Assembly: GCA_963804995.1 (NCBI GenBank)
Contig: CAWDSK010000002.1
Coordinates: 544,001 to 608,000, forward strand
DNA: 64,000 bases
Reading direction: 5' to 3'
DNA from: an uncultured Acidobacteriota bacterium
GTDB lineage: Bacteria > Acidobacteriota > Terriglobia > UBA7540
Under the pieces are notes generated by a model. It was not told where the DNA came from. It saw only the letters and a program-made list of their open reading frames with translations, and did no database searches. Numbering within the stretch: the stretch's first letter is position 1; every line of letters starts with the position of its first letter. The translations under genes were made by a program, and so were the position numbers. Of this stretch, positions 42,122 to 52,226 are shown one piece after another.

Positions 42122-43133
42122 ATGTCAAACAAAGTATCTCGCCGTAGTTTCCTGGCCACGTCCTGCCTTACAGCGACTGCTATTGCCAGGTCAGCGTCAA
42201 CAACGCAGCTCTCTACGAACCGTGCCGGGGAGACGGGTGCGAAGCTTGGCCGTTTCAATGGCACGGTGGCGATCTTTTACATCGCCCACTTCCAAGCCGT
42301 AAGCCGCGACTGGGACAGCATCGAGGAATACAAGGGCCCCTACCATCCGCTTCTCGGGTACTACCGCTACAAGACAAAGGATGACCGGCTCAAGCATTTG
42401 AAGTGGTTGCGGCGAGCCGGAGTGGACGCCATCGTCTATGACGTTCTATGGATTTGCCGAGTGGACGCCCATGGATATTGAAAAAGACCGGGTGCTCGCG
42501 TGGCTCCTCGAAGCCCTTGAGGACCAGGAGAAAGAGGCACGCAAGCTCCAACTGATTATTTGGGTCGAGCGGTATGATTCAAATCCAACTCTTGCGGAAT
42601 ACCATCACGCACTCAAGTACGTCCGGGAGCACGTGGCCCCCAAGCCGTACTACTTCCGGTTGAAGAACAAGCCCTTGGTGCTGACCTACATCAATGGCCC
42701 CGGGAACCCCGATCTGGACCAGTTAGAAAAGGAGACGGATGATTTTGCGCTGCGACGCGTGCGTGCCTATGACGGCACGGCGAACTGGTCATACTGCAAC
42801 GAATCGCCGCAGCCGGCGAATCACGAATGGATGCCTGTCTCACCCGGCATCGATCCGTTCCTGGAGAATGCGTATCTCGGAAAAAAGAAAGGTGAGCCGT
42901 TAGACGTTTCAACGTGGAAAAGGTTTGACCGCCAGGATGGCGAGTATTTCAAAAATCAGCTCCTCACCGCCCGCAAGGTTGATCCAGAGTTCATTTTCAT
43001 TTCGGGATGGAATGACTGGCAATATGGCCTCGAGATCGAACCGGCGGTCGAATATAGGTTTAAGTATGTAGACGAAGCTGCGCAATTACTCGGGCGCGAG
43101 GAAGAGACCAAGCCTTACCGGGACGAGGATTGA
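42122..43133 (+). CDS. GH99/GH71-like glycoside hydrolase with Tat-like leader; +1 frameshift at about 42444
   Basis: SRRSFL, YHPLLGYY, AGVDA, VSPG, ISGWNDW...IEP; GACGTTC at 42440-42446. Confidence 0.7.
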
Positions 43134-43159
43134 TCGAGCTTCCGGGTTGGCTAAACGCC

Positions 43160-43300
43160 CTTTGAATAGGCAATTCGCCTTGGACTCGCTAGGTCAGGAG
43201 TGCGTGAGCGATGCAACACAGCTCGTCATAATCGGATATTCATTACCGGGCACCGATGCCTCGTCGGTTTCAGTGCATAGAAACTTTGCGCCCGCCCTCC
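43160..43300 (+). pseudogene. Possible SIR2-like C-terminal fragment
   Basis: LVIIGYSLPGTD motif. Confidence 0.35.
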
Positions 43301-43342
43301 TGAATCAGGACGGAAGTTGTCACAGAACTCCCCTCCTCAGAT

Positions 43343-43441
43343 GAGGCCGTCTCAGAACTGGCAAAAGCACAGTTTTTAGAACGAATAATCAATAACTTAC
43401 GCTGTGCAAAAGTATGAAATGCCTAGTTTTGAGACGGCCTC
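43343..43441. mobile_element. 99-bp MITE (IS1182-like ends) with AGAT TSD, inside a REP hairpin loop
   Basis: GAGGCCGTCTCA..TGAGACGGCCTC TIRs; AGAT at 43339-43342 and 43442-43445. Confidence 0.75.
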
Positions 43442-43901
43442 AGATGAGGAGGGGTGGCGCGCCGAGCGCCGGGGTGGTGCTGACAAGGTAAAGGCGTGGT
43501 GCTGATCGTGGCGTCAACCCACCGGAAATAGCTTGCGACTTGCGTACGACGCGGGAGTTGAGCGCCTTGGCTCTAACCTATGGCACTTTTCGCAGGTTGT
43601 CACCGATGACAGATTCTGCAATCCTGCACGGGCATGGGGCACTTCAAAGGGTAGGGCGTTTTACGGCCACATGGGTTGTTTTTGGTCTGCCCCCGTACTC
43701 CGGTTGGCCTAACTCCGCCTGTTTCGCTTTCGAAACTCTTTACAGGCACGTCAGAGAGCCGCTTGAAAGCTTTTGGTCTGATGTTTCATAATTGACTGAG
43801 GGCAGCGTTCACCCGTGCGGCATCACGTGGGGTCTGCACATATCCTCTTGCGAGGGCCGTGTGACTAGCCGACATATTGGCGGCGCGCGCCAGAGGATAG
43901 G

Positions 43902-45551
43902 ATGAAAATCGGACGAAACCAACCTTGTCCATGCGGTAGCGGCAAAAAGCATAAGTTTTGCTGCGGGCGACCTCTAACCCGCGTAGAGTCGGCGGCACCG
44001 TCGCCAAGTCACCCGGACATCCCAAAAATGATTGACCGGCATCGAGCCCAAGAACAGATTCGCGAGGCCCAGCAGGGTCTCGGTCGACCGATCGTAGCGT
44101 TTAAGAGGGACGATCAGCAGCATGTCGCAGTCGCAAATCGGGTTTTTTGGTCAAAAAAGTGGAAAACTTTTCCCGACTTTCTGTGCGATTACATTAAACA
44201 GATATTAGACCCAAAATGGGGCAATGCGGAAATTGCGAAGCCGCTGTGCGAACGCCACCCTATCCTGCAGTGGTACGATGCATTTTGTCGCTACCAGAAT
44301 GAAACGATCACAACGCCGGGCGTTGTACATTCAGCGCGGGTCACAGGAATCGTCGCATGTTATCTCGGGCTTGCATATAATCTCTATCTCCTGGACCATA
44401 ACGTCGAATTGCAAGCCCGCCTTCTTAAGCGATTGAAGGACCCAGGTAATTTTCAGGGCGCCTACTACGAACTGATGGTTGCGAACGTATTGGTCCGCGC
44501 AGGTTTCGCGCTTACGTTAGAAGACGAGACGGACCGTGCGTCTAAACATTGCGAATTTGCTGCCGTTTCGAAGGCATCCGGTAAGAGGTATTGGGTTGAA
44601 GCTAAGATGAAAGCCGTAAGCGGGTTCTTCGGAAAGACAGATAAGGACGGCACCAGCGATCCAAACCCCATATCGCACATGTTTCACCACTTGAACGCAG
44701 CACTGGCGAAACCCGCTATGGACGAGCGGCTCATATTCATTGACCTGAATTCTGATGATGGCCTTAGCAGCGATGTAAAGCCGGCCTGGATCGACCGCGC
44801 GGTCGCGCGGCTGGAGCTGTATGAATCTAAAGAGCTTTCCAAAGGAACTCAGGCCTACGTGTTCATTACCAACATGTCATATCATCGAAAGCTGAAAGAT
44901 GACATCCTGACCGCGGCTGTGCCATTCGGATTAGGTATTCCAGATTTCAATAGGCCCGGTTTCATGCGTCTCTCAGAAGTTTGGCGACGCAAACAGAAAC
45001 ATATCGACATGTTTAATATCAGTGCCGCCCTACGAAAGTACCCGCACTTGCCCGCCACCTTCGACGGCAGCTTGCCGTCAGAGTCCCTGCACGGGGAGCT
45101 CCCTCGGGTGATGATCGGGGAAACCTATTTTTTTGAAGGAGTCGGCGATGCCGGACTCCTCGGTACAGTCACGAGTGCTAGCGTTATTGAATCTCAAAGC
45201 GAGGTCCTTATCGGAGTGACCGAGCAGAACGGTGTTGGCCAGATCTTGCGCCAGCCCATTTCGCCGGCACAACTCGCCGATTACAAGGCTCACCCGGACG
45301 CTTACTTTGGGGTCGTCCGCCCCGCTCCCCGGAATGTGAAGGATAAGTTCGAACTATTCGAGTGGCTAATGGAGGTGCATAAGGGGTTGTCGAAAGAAGC
45401 GCTACTGGATCGCCTATCAAAACATCTAAGCATGGACACCTTGCAAATCAAAAGTCAATCCGATCTCCTCATCGACTATTGTGAGATACTGGCGGGGTCA
45501 GTCGAGGTTGATCGCCCCGGGGTCGGTCGGGATGCAACGATACCAGCCTAG
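43902..45551 (+). CDS. SEC-C motif protein with a possible PD-(D/E)xK nuclease-like region
   Basis: GRNQPCPCGSGKKHKFCC; E...CEF...VEAK. Confidence 0.7.
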   Translation: MKIGRNQPCPCGSGKKHKFCCGRPLTRVESAAPSPSHPDIPKMIDRHRAQEQIREAQQGLGRPIVAFKRDDQQHVAVANRVFWSKKWKTFPDFLCDYIKQILDPKWGNAEIAKPLCERHPILQWYDAFCRYQNETITTPGVVHSARVTGIVACYLGLAYNLYLLDHNVELQARLLKRLKDPGNFQGAYYELMVANVLVRAGFALTLEDETDRASKHCEFAAVSKASGKRYWVEAKMKAVSGFFGKTDKDGTSDPNPISHMFHHLNAALAKPAMDERLIFIDLNSDDGLSSDVKPAWIDRAVARLELYESKELSKGTQAYVFITNMSYHRKLKDDILTAAVPFGLGIPDFNRPGFMRLSEVWRRKQKHIDMFNISAALRKYPHLPATFDGSLPSESLHGELPRVMIGETYFFEGVGDAGLLGTVTSASVIESQSEVLIGVTEQNGVGQILRQPISPAQLADYKAHPDAYFGVVRPAPRNVKDKFELFEWLMEVHKGLSKEALLDRLSKHLSMDTLQIKSQSDLLIDYCEILAGSVEVDRPGVGRDATIPA

Positions 45552-45892
45552 GTACTCTTCTGTCGTTTTTTGGGTTTGCCCTACTTCTCTGCTCGTGTTT
45601 GGTTATGTGCTGCCCGGTGGGAAGGACGCGGCAGCGCAGGGAAGAGAACCGTTCCGACAAAACCCTCCGCCGCAGCCGTGACATGCCCGCCGATTGTACT
45701 TCGCGACCGCGATGGCGGAACGAGAGGCCGATTTTCCTGGGAGAATAATTTAGGTCCGTTCACCGCGGCCCTGTAAGTAGTGGTTGCGGCCACATCGACA
45801 TTCTTTGTGGCCGATTGCTTTGACCGGTTTGGTTGCGGCCTAGCCGCGCTGCGTTGCCCGCGAGCACGAGTGGTCCCCCCCTGTCACACTGG

Positions 45893-46639
45893 CTAGCGGG
45901 CCGACTTTTCGAGCGGCGACAACACGAAGCGAGCAAATCCTTTCCCGATATCCGTCGCGCGCCCGATGAATTCCACGTGTTGCTGCTTGCGTTGGTACAT
46001 GTCCTGTGGCCCTCTCGCGACAAGATGTTGCGGCATCGCGATGAGGCCGCGGTCCATCAGATCCTTGACAACCTGATGGAACATTGGAAAATCTGGATCG
46101 AACGGAAGATCAAACATGTCTGTGCGACGCGGGTTAACGAATAGCTCCAGCACCCTCAAATGCGAGGGGGTGAACATATCGATTAAATTCAGGTAGAAGC
46201 TTTGAATCTCTTCGTTCGGTTCCTTGCGGGTAGCCACATTCATCAGCGAGTTCCGCAGTGCCTCTAGCTTTTCCTTCTGATGACTGCGCATGGCGATTTG
46301 CGTAGCATATTGAACTGCTGAGATAAACGACGGGTTATCTTGCAGCGATTCAACGGAAAGGCCTTTAACGCACCTCTGAAGCTCTTGAATGGCAGCGCAC
46401 ACATTCTCCATCCACTCATCCATCCTCTTAGCAAGCGGGGGTCGTAAAAGAGCGGCGAAGACCTCCGCCGCAGGTCCGCCCAGTACGGGAATGCCACTGA
46501 TTCCAGCCTTAGCAATCGTATGAAGCGCATCCCCCAATGCTGGTGTGGGGCGCGCGAGGTCACCCTGGACGCCGGGGGCCCCTCGATTCCCCCCGCGCCT
46601 CAGCTCAGTATCCCGGTTTTTTGCCAAAGTCCGTTCCAT
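45893..46639 (-). CDS. Hypothetical protein (Abi-alpha-like features)
   Basis: IPVLGG, EKLEALRN, LIDMFTPSHLRVL, T..G..F. Confidence 0.5.
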   Translation of the reverse strand: MERTLAKNRDTELRRGGNRGAPGVQGDLARPTPALGDALHTIAKAGISGIPVLGGPAAEVFAALLRPPLAKRMDEWMENVCAAIQELQRCVKGLSVESLQDNPSFISAVQYATQIAMRSHQKEKLEALRNSLMNVATRKEPNEEIQSFYLNLIDMFTPSHLRVLELFVNPRRTDMFDLPFDPDFPMFHQVVKDLMDRGLIAMPQHLVARGPQDMYQRKQQHVEFIGRATDIGKGFARFVLSPLEKSAR

Positions 46640-46827
46640 GGCTCACCCCTCGGCGGAAAGTGGATGCCTGCTGTGCCACCGCCTCAAAGGGCAACTGAGG
46701 CCATGGCACGTTCCGGCTGTTGAAGGCCGGGGATGGCGCAGATATGCTTCCCAACGTCTGTCGTTTCCCTAGTTACCGGAAAATTCCCGCTGACTTCGGC
46801 CCTCACCGAGAGTATACTCCCGCTGCC

Positions 46828-46900
46828 ATGCCCTTTTACCACTGCACTTGCAGTCCCTGTCAATTACAATTCATCACCGCAAGCACGTTCCGGCGCCCGC
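46828..46900 (+). pseudogene. N-terminal remnant of a RAYT transposase
   Basis: MPFYH...P.QLQFITASTFRR resembles the RAYT FIT.S..RR start. Confidence 0.45.
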
Positions 46901-47075
46901 GGCCATCCACCCGATTCCGAGGATCGACCGTCTTTTGCTGCCCGCCGACGAGCGCACACGCATATGACGAAAAGCCGCAGAGTCTCTGGGCAGTGGGACT
47001 CTACTACCCTCTGTCCCGATCGATCGGGGATGTTTTCAGGCAACAGGAAGAGTTCGACCGTAGCGGCCGTTTGGA

Positions 47076-48113
47076 TCACTCGACCGCCAACTTCCGCCGG
47101 GCACGGAGGCCAGGATCGTCAGCAAGCATTTTCAGCGGCAGCGAGAAATCCTGCTTCGAGGAAACAATCCACCGACTCGCATAGAGCATCTGCAACGAGT
47201 TCACGCGAGTCACAACCTGAGGATGATGGGCGGAGGCGGTGCCGGCCTCCATCGGTTCGATTTCCTGGTTCACGCGATCCCGATTTTCTTTCATCTCCTC
47301 TAGAAAAGTTGCCGCACCTGCCGGCAAGCCTCCCGAAGCCATCCTGTTTTCAAACTCCTCGTAACCGGCTCTAACTCTTCGCGCGCCCTCGAACAATTCC
47401 TCCATCAAGGCCGGATCAGTCATCGCAAGACAGAGCGTAGAACTCAGAGGGAGATAGATCGTCACACCCGGCGACGCGAGGCCCAAGGAGCCGCTGCCTC
47501 TAATCAAATCGTTATCCACTACGATGGGATGATCCCCGACGTGAAACGGATCATCGGACGTACTTCCAATGAGGTGCCAGTATTTCGAAAGAAAATGAGG
47601 CCCATATTTCCGCGGCGCTTCGGCCAGCATACTCATCGAGAACGCCTTGATCTCCTCGTCGGAAAGCATCTTGAAATTCGAGACTTCGGAAGGGTCGATA
47701 GCGCGTTCACGAAGGGCCTCAGCGACGCCTTCGTTCAAGTCTTTGATGCGATCGCGAAATCCCTGCGTTCGAAGCATCTGCACAGCGCAGAAGCTCGCAA
47801 TGGTGAAACGCTCCTCCTTTGTGAGAGCGGACAATTTCTGGTCGCGGACCAGCCGAACGAGTATCGGACTTAGGATGCCCTCGAGCTCCGAGAGCGGTTC
47901 TTCGAGGCTTAGCGTCTGGCCGTTGACTTCGATTTCGTAGAATCGCGTGCCCGACAACACGCCCCTGATATTCGCGGGAAAAACTTTGCCGGTCTGCTTG
48001 TCGAAGCACCAGACTTGTTGGCTTCCCTTTCTTGCCGATGGGTCGTTGGCGTGCAGCCGCAACAGCACCTGAGGCACGTAATGTTGTACCTCCGCTTTTC
48101 CGTCTGTCCTCAT
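47076..48113 (-). CDS. DUF4238 protein
   Basis: QHYVPQ..L, FY, QMLRT..FR, GDHPI, LPLS. Confidence 0.8.
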   Translation of the reverse strand: MRTDGKAEVQHYVPQVLLRLHANDPSARKGSQQVWCFDKQTGKVFPANIRGVLSGTRFYEIEVNGQTLSLEEPLSELEGILSPILVRLVRDQKLSALTKEERFTIASFCAVQMLRTQGFRDRIKDLNEGVAEALRERAIDPSEVSNFKMLSDEEIKAFSMSMLAEAPRKYGPHFLSKYWHLIGSTSDDPFHVGDHPIVVDNDLIRGSGSLGLASPGVTIYLPLSSTLCLAMTDPALMEELFEGARRVRAGYEEFENRMASGGLPAGAATFLEEMKENRDRVNQEIEPMEAGTASAHHPQVVTRVNSLQMLYASRWIVSSKQDFSLPLKMLADDPGLRARRKLAVE

Positions 48114-48721
48114 TTCAAAGCACGGCCTTCCAGGGGCTACACCGACGCCACAATGGATCCGCTACCTGCCGATTGTCTATGATCGTCTCGCAGTTGGGTC
48201 CGAACGCGCTTCTGATCCTGTCCATTAATGTAAGCTACACGCAGTTCTGGCCGGAATTTCCATTATGGTTGCGGACCGACCGACACGGTACTATTAGGCA
48301 GCCATAATTGCAATGACCAGCCCGCGTGAGGCGCATTCATTGGAGTTTATGTCTGCGACCCGAGCCTCCCGCTACGACCCATGGAAATCCTTCAGGCATA
48401 AGAAGCATTGTTTGCGCCTCCCAGGCTTTGGTTGAGTCCCCCGCAAGTCTTGTCACCTTGACGGGTTATCGCCTAACCGGAGATCTAAGCTTCACGATCC
48501 CGAGAGGCCGTGAGCAGAAATAGCTGCTCTGTAGTCGCCCTGTGTTTGCCGATGAGTCCGTAGGGTCAATCCGAGGGTCTGTATGAACAACGGGGCATCT
48601 GGAACAATCGTATAACGCCCCGAGGCGGGTCAAGTTAGCGCTTCCGCCCCAACAAGGTCCGACCCTGAAAGGGTCGATTCCGTGTAGTGGCGCGTCACCC
48701 TTGTGCCTCGCGGGGAGAAGG

Positions 48722-49986
48722 CTACTTTCTCCCCTCTCCGGTGGCGAAGCCATGCAGCTTCACTTCCACTTTCTCTTCCAGGCCGTCGTAGTACTCCTTC
48801 AGAATGGCGATAACTTCAGGTTTGGAGAATTCCGCTGGAACCGGCTTCCCTTCGCTCATCAATTTGCGAAGTAATGTTCCCGAGAGCAGCAGGCGCGCTC
48901 CGCCCTTATAGTTGCCATTCTCATCGATCACGGCCTTGGTATCGTGGGGGCAGGTCTTCATCGACGCCATGCTTCCACATTCGTAACAATAAAAAGTCCA
49001 ATCCATGCACAGAGGGCGCAGCAGTAAGGCGTCGGCAGGAATCTCCGCGAAGATTTTCTGGGCGTCAAAGGGACCGTAGTAGTCGCCCACGCCGGCGTGG
49101 TCGCGTCCCACAATCAGGTGGGTGCAACCATAATTCTGGCGGAACACGGCGTGCAGCAGAGCTTCGCGCGGTCCGGCGTAGCGCATCTCCATCGGGTAGC
49201 CGCCCTGGATGACGCGGTCCTTGCGGAAATACTTGTTCACCAGCGCGTCGATGGCCTTCACGCGCACTTCCGCCGGGATGTCGCCGGGCTTGAGTTTGCC
49301 CACCAGTTGGTGAACGTACACACCATCGCAAACCTCGATGGCGATCCAGGCAAGGTAGGCATGGGAATTGTGCATGGGGTTGCGGGTTTGCATGGCGGCC
49401 ACCGTGTTCCACCCGCGCTCCGCAAACAGCTTGCGGGCGTCGGCGGGACGCTGGTAAATGCCCTTGAACATTTCCGGGTAATAGGATTCCGATAGGACTT
49501 TCACGGGTCCGGCGAGATTTACGGGTCCCTGCTCCATAACTTTTTGCACGCCGGGGTGCGCGGAATCCGTGGTGCGGAAAACCTGCCGGCACTCATGCGC
49601 TTTGTCGATGGCGTACTTCTCCGTGACCTTCAGCGTGCCCATGATGGAATCGGTTTCCGTGTCCCAGAGCGCCACCTCCTCGCCGATCGCAATCGAATCT
49701 GCCAGGTCCTGACTGGCCGAAAGGGTAATCGGGATGGGCCAGAAGAGACCTTTGTGGCTCGGCAGGCTGTAAGTGTCACAGCAACCTTGCCAGTCGTCCT
49801 TGCCCATGAAGCCCTCGAGGGCGTGAACGCTCCGATTCCCAGCATGATGAGATCGCTGGTTTCCCGGGTGGTCATGGGAACCTTTTTCAGACTTTGCGCT
49901 TTCTTGTTTTCCTCTTCGAGCCGCCGGCCTTCGAGAAGCAGGGGCTTGAGCTCACGACTACCGTGAGGAAAAATCAGACTGCTCAT
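48722..49986 (-). CDS. sat: Sulfate adenylyltransferase (dissimilatory-type); one base missing in a C run at about 49820
   Basis: PHG, corrected [37 protein letters not shown]. Confidence 0.92.
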
Positions 49987-50178
49987 TCATACCTCCTTAC
50001 CCACTTTGGCGAGCGCCAGCACGTCCTCCGGGATCAGGCGGTCGTAGACAATCACGTCGGCAGCCGCGAGAAGTCCGGCGGCTTTCAGGGTGAGCAGTTC
50101 CGGATGGCCGGGACCCGCGCCCACCAAATAGACTTTCCCGGGTTGGATCAAGACGGTCGCTCTCCCCACGCTGCCCAT
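49987..50178 (-). pseudogene. cobA: Truncated uroporphyrinogen-III methyltransferase N-terminus
   Basis: [20 protein letters not shown]...ADVIVYDRL, then stop abutting the sat ATG. Confidence 0.75.
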
Positions 50179-50587
50179 TGCATCCGGGCGGATGCTTAAC
50201 CATCATATCACGGCGAACGCAGGCACAGCCGTGCGGCTGGTGCGCCGGCGCTGCCTGCTGCCGGTTGCCTTCCGGCGAGAGTTGGGATAAGAGCCTGGGG
50301 TGGGAAAATCTGCACGTTCAGCTCGAACGAGGGGCGAAGAGGGCGGGTTCGGCGTCGCGCGCTTCCCTCCTCGGCTCTTGCAGGCCCACGACTTTTTGTC
50401 AATGTGGGACATGTCCCATTAGTTGCTCTTAGCGGGGCGTAGCGAGCGAGGTCCCACTTAATTCCCCAACTTCATGCGTTTTGCGCAAGGACTTTTCACT
50501 TGCGATTCCGTCATGCGGCACGGCCGGATTTTGGGAGACTGCTTGCTCCATGGCGCGCGGCAGGTGAGCGTAAGTCTGCGCGCTCGG

Positions 50588-51988
50588 CTAATTTTTGGCG
50601 GGGGGCGCAGCTTGGTTGATGGCGTCGATCAGGTCATCGCCGCCACCCGCAGCGCGGATCTCTTTCCAGTCGTCCGGCGTCGGGGAAAACTTGATGCCGC
50701 GTGCCTTCACTAATTCGGCCACTCGCGCGCTGGGCACCTCACCTTGTAACAAGCTGACGATTTCAGCTTTGCCCAACGCCTTCGAGTTATTGGATTCGAC
50801 GGGCTGTGCTTTGGGTGCTGCGGGCGTGAGGTGAGCAACGAATTCCACTTTGGATTGGCCATGAGCACTATTGACGGCACTCACTTCAAAACGGTTTTCG
50901 CCGGGCTGAAGAGTGAGAGGGTCGGACGTGAATTGGGCTGCCTGCGCGCTGGTGGGGCGCATCGTCACGGACCTCCCGTTGACGGTGACGACGGGAATGC
51001 CGGAGGCGTCCATAACCACGCCGCGGATGATGAGGGGAGAACTCGTGACCTCCACGGTCTGCCCCACACCGGCTGCGGAGGGTTCAATCAGAACAATCGT
51101 GGGCACGGATGCGGGCGGTTGGGTCACGGTTACGAGAACGCTGGCCGCCTTCGTTCCCGCTGGACCGGTAGCGGTCAGCGTGTAATTCGTGGAGTCCTGC
51201 GGCACCACCGTCATACCCCCCGATGCTGCCACTCGGCCGACGCCGGGTTCAAGGTCGAGGCTGGTGGCGTTGCTGGAAGCCCAGACCAGCGTCACAGCGT
51301 GCCCCTTTTCCACTGTGGAGGGTTCGGCGTGAAAGCTTACATCCAAGGAGGCAGGGGCCGGCGGCTTCACCTCCGCCAGGACGCTATCAAAATTCTGCAT
51401 GGCCCGTTGGATTGCCATCGTTCCTGCGAGGTTCCTCAGGGAAAACTCCGCGAAGCTGCGGGGCTTTCCCGCCACCACCCCCCAGAAGTCTTGCGGCAGG
51501 TAGATGAGCAGTGGCCCTCGATTGGCAAAGGTGATTTGCAGAAGACTCTTCACGAGTCTGATGTCTTGGATTTCACTTAAACTGACTTCAAACCCCTCGC
51601 TTCCTGCGGTGCTTTCCTGAGCAACTAGATAATCAACGCCTCCCGGCACGAACTTCGAACGGGGCGACGGCTTGGCTTTCCCTCCCGACTCAACCACCGT
51701 GTATCTAACACCAGTCCGGGTCACATCGAGCCAACCGCAAGAAATGGAAGAGCTCTCATTCACCGAGACTGGATACCGCAAGGTTGGGTTGGAATCGGCA
51801 TTCAACAATTGGGGCTTGGGCGCCTCGCCGGCTTCTGGAGAAACGGCCGGAGACACAGCACCTTTTTTGGCCTTGGCCGACCCAATCCTGCCCATTCCGA
51901 CTTGGATGGCCTCGACATTTAGAAAAGGAAGGAGAACTAAGATGACTAATAGCAAACAAGTCCGGCGGAAGCGTAAGCTGCGAGGCAT
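50588..51988 (-). CDS. Secreted protein with Ig-like domains
   Basis: Signal peptide; VTLVW.S.NA...YTLTATG; L.PGEN.F.V.A. Confidence 0.6.
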   Translation of the reverse strand: MPRSLRFRRTCLLLVILVLLPFLNVEAIQVGMGRIGSAKAKKGAVSPAVSPEAGEAPKPQLLNADSNPTLRYPVSVNESSSISCGWLDVTRTGVRYTVVESGGKAKPSPRSKFVPGGVDYLVAQESTAGSEGFEVSLSEIQDIRLVKSLLQITFANRGPLLIYLPQDFWGVVAGKPRSFAEFSLRNLAGTMAIQRAMQNFDSVLAEVKPPAPASLDVSFHAEPSTVEKGHAVTLVWASSNATSLDLEPGVGRVAASGGMTVVPQDSTNYTLTATGPAGTKAASVLVTVTQPPASVPTIVLIEPSAAGVGQTVEVTSSPLIIRGVVMDASGIPVVTVNGRSVTMRPTSAQAAQFTSDPLTLQPGENRFEVSAVNSAHGQSKVEFVAHLTPAAPKAQPVESNNSKALGKAEIVSLLQGEVPSARVAELVKARGIKFSPTPDDWKEIRAAGGGDDLIDAINQAAPPAKN

Positions 51989-52226
51989 AAAGGGACCCCT
52001 CCATGCGAGGGAGGCGGGCCGATTATAGCGTACCCGGCTTGGCGATAGCAATTGCGCTGGACCATGCGCCAAATGAGACTCGGGGCGAATTGTGAACTGA
52101 ACAATGGCCTTGAAAGGCCTTGGATAATTCACCCAACTGCTGAACACGAACATTATTCATCCATGGAGCATGTGGTGGTTTGCGGGGTGTCGGTACGCGC
52201 CACTGCCCATCAGGCGCCAGGCAGGT

